Shown: one piece after another, positions 57,436 to 64,000 of the stretch | How positions within the stretch are numbered: the first letter of the stretch is position 1 | How the letters are laid out: the number at the start of each line of letters is the position of its first letter | Assembly: GCA_964421755.1 (NCBI GenBank) | Contig: CAYQYP010000061.1 | Coordinates: forward strand, 24,143 to 88,142 | Length of the DNA: 64,000 nucleotides | From: an uncultured Acidobacteriota bacterium | Lineage (GTDB): Bacteria > Acidobacteriota > UBA6911 > RPQK01 | Reading direction: 5' to 3' | Position numbers and translations under genes: made by a program | Notes under the pieces: model-generated | Told to the model about the DNA's origin: nothing | What the model saw: the letters and a program-made list of their open reading frames with translations, nothing else | The model's database searches: none

Positions 57436-58565
57436 TTTGTAACGAGGCACAAAAGAAAGTCGACGAGCTCGTCGATGGAAGCCTTGTTGGGCGTGAACGC
57501 GACGAGTTCGAGAGGCATCTGCTCGGCTGTCCGGAATGCCGATCCTATCTCGATTGGGTTCGGTGGCTCTCGGTCGCGGCCCGGGCATTGCCGGAAATGG
57601 CCCCCGCCCGCGATTTCTGGCAGGACATTTCCGGTGAGCTCGCAGAACCTGGCGCGTCTGTGGTCTGTCTGGCTGACCACAAGGCGATCGGCTCTCGCCG
57701 GCGGTCCCCTCTTCCAGATATTCATCTGTACCGGCGGGCATTGATCCCCCGACTCGGGAAGGCCGCCGCCTTGGTCTGCATTCTCCTCGCGTTCGGTTTC
57801 GCCCTGATGCTTGTTTCGGACGAGCCAGTCGCGGAGACCGGGTGGAGCGTGAAGTGGGAGTCGCAGGGAGGCGCCCAGGAGCGCGGCGATCTCGCCGCCC
57901 AACTCAGCGTCGGCCAGATGATGGAGACGGACAGCCGATCCACGGCTCATATCGAGATTGCCAGCATCGGGCAAGTGGAGGTGCGGCCCAACAGCCGGGT
58001 ACGCCTGGTTGAAAGCCACGAAAACGAACAGCGCATGGCATTGGAGAAAGGCGTGATCAGGGCCCTGATATTGGCGCCGCCGCGCCTGTTCTTCGTGGAA
58101 ACGCCATCCGCGCTGGCTGTCGACCTGGGTTGCGCTTACGAGCTGAGCGTGGATGAAAATGGCAACGGCAAGCTTGAAGTAACGTCCGGTTGGGTCGCTC
58201 TGGAGTACGATGGCATCGAATCCCTGGTGCCCGCAGGAGCGGTTTGCACGTCCCGGCCGGGGCGAGGTCCGGGCACGCCGCATTTTCCGGACGCCGCGCC
58301 TGGCTTCAAGGCAGCTCTGGCAGAGATCGACGCCGGTTCTGCAGGAACCGCGGCGATTGAGGCCGCGCTGGCCGGCGCCCGGTTGCGTGACACCCTGTCT
58401 GTTTGGCACCTGTTCGCGCGAGTGGAACCGCGGGTGCGCCCGGCGGTTTACGACCGGTTGTCGGCTCTGGTGCCGGCCCCCGAGGGAGTCACCAGGGAAG
58501 GCGTGATGCAGCTCGACCCGACGATGCTTTCGCTTTGGAAAGGCGAGCTGCAGGCGCACTGGTAA
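57432..58565 (+). CDS. Anti-sigma factor with an N-terminal zinc-finger, a TM helix and a periplasmic FecR-like domain.
   Basis: HLLGCPEC motif. It overlaps the sigma gene by 4 bp. TM AAALVCILLAFGFALMLV. Confidence 0.7.
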   Translation: MICNEAQKKVDELVDGSLVGRERDEFERHLLGCPECRSYLDWVRWLSVAARALPEMAPARDFWQDISGELAEPGASVVCLADHKAIGSRRRSPLPDIHLYRRALIPRLGKAAALVCILLAFGFALMLVSDEPVAETGWSVKWESQGGAQERGDLAAQLSVGQMMETDSRSTAHIEIASIGQVEVRPNSRVRLVESHENEQRMALEKGVIRALILAPPRLFFVETPSALAVDLGCAYELSVDENGNGKLEVTSGWVALEYDGIESLVPAGAVCTSRPGRGPGTPHFPDAAPGFKAALAEIDAGSAGTAAIEAALAGARLRDTLSVWHLFARVEPRVRPAVYDRLSALVPAPEGVTREGVMQLDPTMLSLWKGELQAHW

Positions 58566-58572
58566 GGGAGGC

Positions 58573-58638
58573 GGCTGACCAGCTGACCGGCTGACCAGCT
58601 GACCGGCTGACTGGCTGACCGGCTGACCGGCTGACTGG
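58573..58638. repeat. GCTGACYR octamer tandem repeat (8 units) immediately after the anti-sigma stop codon.
   Basis: GCTGACCAGCTGACCGGCTGACCAGCTGACCGGCTGACTGGCTGACCGGCTGACCGGCTGACTG. Confidence 0.8.
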
Positions 58639-58650
58639 CGACTGAAACCC

Positions 58651-58791
58651 TGCCAACCGGGCCATAAAGCGGCGGATTCTGAACCGCGAATCCGCCCTAC
58701 GACTGCTCGCCATTCGAAACCACTCGGTCGTAGGGCGGATTCGCGGTTCAGAATCCGCCGCTTTTCGGCCGGGTTGGCAGGGGTCCCCGGT
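58651..58791. repeat. Copy D of the nested palindromic repeat element, between the convergent anti-sigma and leuD genes.
   Basis: About 95% identical to copy A (601-727). Confidence 0.8.
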
Positions 58792-58793
58792 CG

Positions 58794-59387
58794 CTAGGTC
58801 CCCATCCGCTGTTCGTAGGCCCGGATCTTGTCCTCGTGCTCGAGCGTGAGGCCGATGTCGTCCAGTCCGTTCAGCAGGCAGTGCCGGCGAAACGGATCCA
58901 CTTCGAAGCAGAATCGCAACCCCGAGCCATCCGAGATCTCCTGCTTCTCCAGATCGACAGTGAGTCGATAGGGTCCCTGAGAGGCTTTTGCCCGCCGGAA
59001 CAGGTCCGATACCTGCGCGTCGGATAGCTTGATCGGGAGGATGCCGTTCTTGAAGCAGTTGTTGTAGAAAATGTCCGCGTATGAGGGGGCGATGATTGCC
59101 CGGAACCCATAGTCGAGCAGAGCCCAAGGCGCATGCTCACGCGAAGACCCACACCCGAAATTGGAGCCGGCAAGGAGAATCGCAGATCCGTTGGCCTCGG
59201 GCTTGTTCAGCTCAAAGTCAGGATTGGGGCTGCCGTCATCTCTGAATCTCCAGTCGAAGAAAAGAAACTCACCGAAGCCGGTGCGCTCGATTCTTTTCAG
59301 GAACTGCTTGGGAATAATCTGGTCGGTATCGACGTTGACGCGATCCAGCGCAGCCACGATTCCCGTGAGTTTCGTAAATGGTTGCAT
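58794..59387 (-). CDS. leuD: 3-isopropylmalate dehydratase small subunit.
   Basis: LeuD family sequence (…[21 protein letters not shown]…). Confidence 0.85.
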   Translation of the reverse strand: MQPFTKLTGIVAALDRVNVDTDQIIPKQFLKRIERTGFGEFLFFDWRFRDDGSPNPDFELNKPEANGSAILLAGSNFGCGSSREHAPWALLDYGFRAIIAPSYADIFYNNCFKNGILPIKLSDAQVSDLFRRAKASQGPYRLTVDLEKQEISDGSGLRFCFEVDPFRRHCLLNGLDDIGLTLEHEDKIRAYEQRMGT

Positions 59388-59418
59388 GATCCAGTCCTCG
59401 ATTTCGCCTGGGAACCGA

Positions 59419-60819
59419 TCAGTCCCAGTTGCGGATGTCGACGAAGTGACCCTCGATCGCCGCTGCAGCCGCCATGGCTGGGCTGACCAGGTGGGTCCTG
59501 CCTCCGCGGCCCTGCCGGCCCTCGAAGTTGCGGTTGGAAGTGGAGGCGCAGCGCTCTCCCGGGGCCAGGATATCGGGGTTCATCCCCAGGCACATGCTGC
59601 ATCCGGATTCCCGCCAGTCAAAACCTGCCTGCACGAAGATTTCGTCAAGTCCCTCGGCCTCGGCCCGTCGCTTGACCTGCTGCGACCCGGGGACAACCAT
59701 CGCCTTGACTTTCGGGGATACCTTTCGGCCTCGGACGACCTCTGCCGCCACCCGAAGATCCTCGATGCGCCCATTCGTGCAGGATCCGATGAATACCCGG
59801 TCCACCGGGATTTCGGTAATGGGTTGTCCCGGATGGAGGTCCATGTACTCGAGCGCCCTGCGCGCGGCTCTTCGCGCGTTGTCCTCCTCGAGGCGGTCGG
59901 GATCGGGCACAGCACCGGTGACGTCGGCCACCATGCCGGGGCTGGTTCCCCAGCTGACCTGTGGAGCAAGGTTTTCGACGTTCAAGGTCAATTCGCGATC
60001 GAACGACGCGTGCGGATCGGTACGCAGTGCCTTCCACGATTCAACGGCGTCCGCAAACTCTCGTCCCTTTGGGATGAAGGGTCTGCCTTCCAAATATCCG
60101 AACGTGATGCCGTCGGGAGCGATCATCCCAGCCCTGGCCCCGGCCTCGATCGACATATTGCAGACGGTCATGCGCTCTTCCATCGTGAGCGCGGTGATGG
60201 CTTGCCCCGCGTATTCGAGCACGTAACCGGTGGCCCCGTCGGTTCCGATGTTCCGAATCAGGTACAGGATGAGATCCTTGGCTGACACGCGCTGCGGGAG
60301 ACGGCCCTCGAAGACGACCCGGAACGTCCGCGGGTCGGACTGCAGCAGGCATTGGGTTGCGAGCACGTGCTCAACCTCGCTCGTCCCGATACCGAACGCG
60401 AGCGCCCCAAAGGCGCCGTGGGTGGCGGTGTGGCTGTCGCCGCAAACGATCGTCGTACCGGGCCGCGTGATGCCGAGCTCCGGGCCGATAACGTGCACGA
60501 TCCCCTGGTTCGGGCTGTCCAGCCCATAGAGCGGGACACCGAATTCCTTGCAGTTTCGCTCCAGGGTCTCGATCTGAGTGCGCGAGATCGGATCCACGAT
60601 TGGTAGTGATCGGTCGGTCGTGGGGACATTGTGGTCCATCGTCGCGTACGTCCGATCGGGTCTTCGGACCTTCCGGCCGGTCAGCCTCAGTCCTTCGAAG
60701 GCCTGCGGAGACGTCACCTCATGGACCAAATGACAGTCGATGTAGAGGATGGCCGGTTGACCGGCCTCGCGGTGCACAACATGACTGTCCCATATCTTTT
60801 GGAACAGGGTCTTCGGCAT
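59419..60819 (-). CDS. leuC: 3-isopropylmalate dehydratase large subunit (aconitase family).
   Basis: LeuC N-terminus [15 protein letters not shown]… and the aconitase Cys-ligand region ([11 protein letters not shown]). Start at the ATG at 60819. Confidence 0.85.
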   Translation of the reverse strand: MPKTLFQKIWDSHVVHREAGQPAILYIDCHLVHEVTSPQAFEGLRLTGRKVRRPDRTYATMDHNVPTTDRSLPIVDPISRTQIETLERNCKEFGVPLYGLDSPNQGIVHVIGPELGITRPGTTIVCGDSHTATHGAFGALAFGIGTSEVEHVLATQCLLQSDPRTFRVVFEGRLPQRVSAKDLILYLIRNIGTDGATGYVLEYAGQAITALTMEERMTVCNMSIEAGARAGMIAPDGITFGYLEGRPFIPKGREFADAVESWKALRTDPHASFDRELTLNVENLAPQVSWGTSPGMVADVTGAVPDPDRLEEDNARRAARRALEYMDLHPGQPITEIPVDRVFIGSCTNGRIEDLRVAAEVVRGRKVSPKVKAMVVPGSQQVKRRAEAEGLDEIFVQAGFDWRESGCSMCLGMNPDILAPGERCASTSNRNFEGRQGRGGRTHLVSPAMAAAAAIEGHFVDIRNWD

Positions 60820-60947
60820 GGTGTGAGCTCTTGAAAAGAGGTCATCCACGAAGTACACGAAGGAACACGAACAAGACCGTCTTATTCGTGCTACGCCGCG
60901 CTGTGTCCTTAGTGGATGACCTCTCTCTCTTCCTTTCCCGAGATCGA

Positions 60948-62498
60948 TCAGCTCTCGGCCACTTTATCGGCTTTCTTGGCTTCGCTTCGCTGCTTCTCCG
61001 TATACGCTTTGTTGACCGCGTTGATGTAGGCCCGGGCACTGGCATCGATGATGTCGACGCTGGCGGCCTTCCCGGTGTAATTCTTGTTCTCGAATTCCAC
61101 GTGAACGAAAACCTCACCGAGAGCGTCCTTGCCACGGGTGACGGAGTTGACTGTGTAATCGAGTAGTCTGCCGGGCATGCCCGTGACCTTGTCGATCGCC
61201 TTGTAACAGGCGTGGATCGGACCATCCCCAACCGCTGATTCTACGCAGCTATCGGTGCCTTTCTCGATCTTCACGGCCGCGCTGGAAATCGCCTGGCTGC
61301 CGCCGGACGAAAGTACGAACTTCAGCCTGTATACGTCCGGGACAATCTTCATCCCATCCTGGATAATCGCGACCAGGTCTTCCTCGTATACTTCCTTCTT
61401 CTGGTCGGCCAGTTTCGTAAAGAAGAAATAGGCACGTTCGAGCTCTTCGGAGCTCAATTCGTACCCCAGTTCTTCGAACTTGTTGCGCAATGCATGCCGT
61501 CCGCTGTGCTTGCCCATCACAAGCGTGGTGCTGCTCAGCCCCACCGATTGGGGCGTCATGATTTCATAGGTAAGCGAGTTTTTCAGGATTCCGTCCTGGT
61601 GGATGCCGGCCTCGTGTGCGAACGCGTTGCGGCCAACAATAGCCTTGTTCGGCTGGACGAAACTACCGGTCAGGTTGGTCAACAGCTTGCTCGAGCGCGA
61701 GATCTCCTCGGTGTTGATCTCGGAGTTGAAGGGGAGCACGTTTTTGCGGGTGCGGATCGCCATGGCGATCTCCTCAAGCGATGCGTTCCCGGCGCGTTCC
61801 CCGATGCCGTTGATCGTGCATTCCACCTGGCGACAGCCGTTCAACAGCCCGGCCAGCGAGTTTGCGACGGCAAGACCCAAATCGTTGTGGCAATGGCAGC
61901 TGAAGATCGCCTTGTCGCGGTTCGGGATCTTCGCGATCACGTCGCGAACGAACGGCCCAAACTCCATCGGCACGGCGTACCCGACCGTATCCGGGATGTT
62001 TATGATGGTCGCACCTTGTTCGATAGCGGCCGTCAGAACCTCCGCGAGGTAATCGATGTCGCTGCGGGTGGCGTCTTCTGCCGAAAACTCCACTTCCTCG
62101 CAGAGATTGCGGGCTGTCTTCACCGCTTCTATCGTCTGCGCCAGAACCTCGGCGCGGGTCTTTCTAAGCTTGTACTGCAGGTGGATGTCCGATGTCGCGA
62201 TGAACGTGTGAATGCGAGGCTTGCGCGCCTGTTTGACCGCCTCCCAGGCACGTTCGATATCCAGTCGGTTGGCCCTTGCCAGGGCGGCAATCGTCGGCTT
62301 TCGGACTTGCACGCTAACCGCCTGAACCGCCTCGAAGTCACCTTCGGAAGCAATCGGAAACCCGGCTTCAATGACATCGACGTTGAGGCGTTCCAGCTGG
62401 CGGGCCATTTTTAGCTTTTCTTCCAGGTACATCGAACAGCCAGGGGATTGCTCGCCATCTCTCAACGTGGTGTCAAAAAAATACACTCGCTCTGCCAT
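60948..62498 (-). CDS. leuA: 2-isopropylmalate synthase.
   Basis: [21 protein letters not shown]-terminus (HMGL-like) and a C-terminal LeuA dimerisation/regulatory domain. Start at the ATG preceded by AAGGAGGAAG. Confidence 0.85.
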   Translation of the reverse strand: MAERVYFFDTTLRDGEQSPGCSMYLEEKLKMARQLERLNVDVIEAGFPIASEGDFEAVQAVSVQVRKPTIAALARANRLDIERAWEAVKQARKPRIHTFIATSDIHLQYKLRKTRAEVLAQTIEAVKTARNLCEEVEFSAEDATRSDIDYLAEVLTAAIEQGATIINIPDTVGYAVPMEFGPFVRDVIAKIPNRDKAIFSCHCHNDLGLAVANSLAGLLNGCRQVECTINGIGERAGNASLEEIAMAIRTRKNVLPFNSEINTEEISRSSKLLTNLTGSFVQPNKAIVGRNAFAHEAGIHQDGILKNSLTYEIMTPQSVGLSSTTLVMGKHSGRHALRNKFEELGYELSSEELERAYFFFTKLADQKKEVYEEDLVAIIQDGMKIVPDVYRLKFVLSSGGSQAISSAAVKIEKGTDSCVESAVGDGPIHACYKAIDKVTGMPGRLLDYTVNSVTRGKDALGEVFVHVEFENKNYTGKAASVDIIDASARAYINAVNKAYTEKQRSEAKKADKVAES

Positions 62499-62570
62499 GC
62501 TTCCTCCTTGGGTGCAAAAAAAGCGGTGTCTAAAACTATCAAAATCACGCCCAGCTGGCAAGTTTGGGGC

Positions 62571-62612
62571 CGAATGCGGAGTGCGGAATGGCGGAGTGCG
62601 GAGTGCGGAATG
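62571..62612. repeat. TGCGGAGTGCGGAATGG-type tandem repeat upstream of leuA and downstream of the MFS gene, related to the 14095-14405 repeat family.
   Basis: GAATGCGGAGTGCGGAATGGCGGAGTGCGGAGTGCGGAATGG. Confidence 0.65.
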
Positions 62613-62700
62613 GGGAACCAAAGCGGGCATCGCGGTTGTCCCTGGTGTCCTTGAGCTCCTTGGGGTTCTTGGGGTCCGACGCTCGACTCCCCGAAAAGAC

Positions 62701-63957
62701 TTACAGTTCCTTCACCCTTGTCGGGAGCAGCAAGAATCCAAGGGCTACGGCGGCCAGTACGATCGCGAGCCCCAGCAGGGCAGTACGCGGCGAAGCAACG
62801 CTGGCGACGGCTCCGGCGGCGAGACTGCCGAGTGGCATTCCACCACGAAATGCGAGCATGAAAATGCTCATCACCCGTCCGCGCATTTCTTCGACCGTCG
62901 TGAGCTGGACCAGGGAGGTAATGGAGGCGAACAAGCCGATCAAACAGACGCCGGCAAGAAACAACACCACGTAACTCAGCAGCAGATGACGCGAGAGGGC
63001 AAAGGTCATGAGGAGGATGGAAAATACCAACTGGGCCCACAGGGTCGACTTGCCGGGCGTAGTGGTCCGGGCCAGGCTGGCATACAGGAGCGCTCCCGTA
63101 ACGGCACCCGCGCCGGAAATCGCCATCATCGTCGAGTAACCGGTGGCTCCGGTTTTGAAAACATCCTTGGCGAAAACGGGGAGCAGCGTCATCAGCGGAA
63201 TTCCGCAAAAGGCGCTCACGAAGCCCAACACGCTCAGTTGCCAAAGCGCGCCCTTCGTTTTCATGAAAGAGAACCCGTTGCGCAGTTCCGTCCAGACCGA
63301 TTCGTTGGTCGCGACCGGCTTGAAACTTGCGCTGATCATGTACAGGCTCACAATGACCGCGACAAAGGAGATTCCATTGAGCGCGAAGCAGAGGGCCGCT
63401 CCAACTTTGACCAGCGCCAGACCTGCGACAAGCGGGCCGATCACCCGGGCGAGGTTGAACTGGATGGAATTGAGTGCGATTGCGTTTGGCAACGCTTCGT
63501 GTTTGACGAGACTCGGTATCAATGCCTGGTAAGCAGGCCCGCCGAAGGATCGCGCCGTGCCCACGGTAAAGACAAGAATCAGCAGGTACTCGATCCGAAT
63601 CATCTCGAAGTAAACCAGGAATGTCAGGATGAAGGCACACGCCATCTGGACGTACTGGGAGGCGAGGAGCATCTTGCGACGCTCTGCCCTGTCGGCTGCC
63701 ACACCGCCAATCAGGGAAAACAGCAGAATCGGCAATTCTCCAAGGAAACCGGTGAGCCCGAGGTAGAACGCCGAACCGGTGAGGTTGAGCACCAGCCACG
63801 ATTCGGCGACCATCTGCATCCAGGTGCCGGTGGTTGAGGTGAACGCCCCGAACCACATGAGCCGGAAATCCCGATAGTAGAAGGCCCTGAAGGTCCTTCT
63901 CAGGAATCCCCCGGTTCCTTGCTTCCCTTCGGAGACGGCCGGCTCTGGCTGTGACAT
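62701..63957 (-). CDS. Major facilitator superfamily transporter.
   Basis: 12-TM hydrophobic profile (EntS/macrolide-efflux-like MFS_1). ATG at 63957. Two other long ORFs overlapping the same DNA are rejected. Confidence 0.7.
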   Translation of the reverse strand: MSQPEPAVSEGKQGTGGFLRRTFRAFYYRDFRLMWFGAFTSTTGTWMQMVAESWLVLNLTGSAFYLGLTGFLGELPILLFSLIGGVAADRAERRKMLLASQYVQMACAFILTFLVYFEMIRIEYLLILVFTVGTARSFGGPAYQALIPSLVKHEALPNAIALNSIQFNLARVIGPLVAGLALVKVGAALCFALNGISFVAVIVSLYMISASFKPVATNESVWTELRNGFSFMKTKGALWQLSVLGFVSAFCGIPLMTLLPVFAKDVFKTGATGYSTMMAISGAGAVTGALLYASLARTTTPGKSTLWAQLVFSILLMTFALSRHLLLSYVVLFLAGVCLIGLFASITSLVQLTTVEEMRGRVMSIFMLAFRGGMPLGSLAAGAVASVASPRTALLGLAIVLAAVALGFLLLPTRVKEL

Positions 63958-63970
63958 GACGGCTGAGGAC

Positions 63971-64000
63971 TGACAACTGCGCACTGCGCACTGCCTACTG
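63971..64000. repeat. CGCACTG heptamer repeat (CAACTGCGCACTGCGCACTGCCTACTG) truncated by the window end. It is homologous to the repeat at 1493-1576.
   Basis: Compare CAACTGCCCACTGCCCACTGCCCACTTCC…CTTCCTACTGG at 1493. Confidence 0.6.

Noticed and set aside
58573-58638. Possible CRISPR array, considered for the tandem repeats.
   Set aside because: Units are 7-8 bp with no spacers and there are no cas genes, so these are simple tandem repeats.
62499-62700. Leucine leader-peptide attenuator upstream of leuA.
   Set aside because: The only upstream ATG is in frame with leuA (an N-terminal extension of the ORF) and is not Leu-codon rich. No clear terminator or antiterminator pair.
62371-63991. 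Two alternative long ORFs (488 aa on plus, 509 aa on minus) overlapping the MFS transporter gene.
   Set aside because: Only the 62701-63957 minus frame gives a 12-TM hydrophobic profile. The others are Arg/Gly-rich.

Overview
This is a high-GC (about 60-65%) bacterial chromosomal segment, most likely from an Acidobacteria genome. The phylum call is an inference from two paralogs with the architecture of the 'VWFA-related acidobacterial' family, many Tat- or signal-peptide-bearing Gfo/Idh/MocA, amidase and sulfatase genes, and a HEAT-repeat plus gluconolactonase neighbourhood. The window contains about 60 protein-coding genes and no rRNA or CRISPR; no tRNA was recognised by eye.

Recognisable housekeeping genes are korAB (2-oxoacid:ferredoxin oxidoreductase), hisG, lysC (aspartate kinase) and leuA-leuC-leuD. 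The accessory content is rich: a GH3 beta-glucosidase with two tandem inserted PA14 domains, a sulfatase, a GT2-methyltransferase fusion, a LarA-like racemase, a Tat-amidase/SDR/Gfo-Idh-MocA operon, two ECF sigma/anti-sigma pairs, and an NtrC-type two-component pair flanked by two textbook sigma-54 promoters.

The candidates most worth a second look are:
1. A tight six-gene minus-strand operon (46.4-52.3 kb) with a radical-SAM lysine 2,3-aminomutase (KamA), two tandem D-Ala-D-Ala-ligase-like ATP-grasp enzymes, two GNAT acetyltransferases and a 454-aa unknown protein, behind a long structured leader. This architecture suggests an uncharacterised beta-lysine-derived N-acylated (di)peptide metabolite.
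2. An Omp85/TpsB-like barrel gene followed 9 bp later by a secreted 573-aa protein carrying protein-kinase-like catalytic motifs (HxDxxxxN and DFG), converging on an ECF sigma/anti-sigma/CpxP-like envelope-stress module.
3. A roughly 2.6 kb low-GC islet (21.0-23.5 kb) with an XRE-type HTH regulator, two overlapping membrane proteins, a perfect 12-bp inverted-repeat operator-like site and a small Cys/poly-Pro membrane peptide with a strong RBS.
4. Two families of repeats: a roughly 130-150 bp nested-palindrome (REP/MITE-like) element in four copies, and GC-rich 7-8-mer tandem repeats placed immediately after stop codons at seven or more loci.
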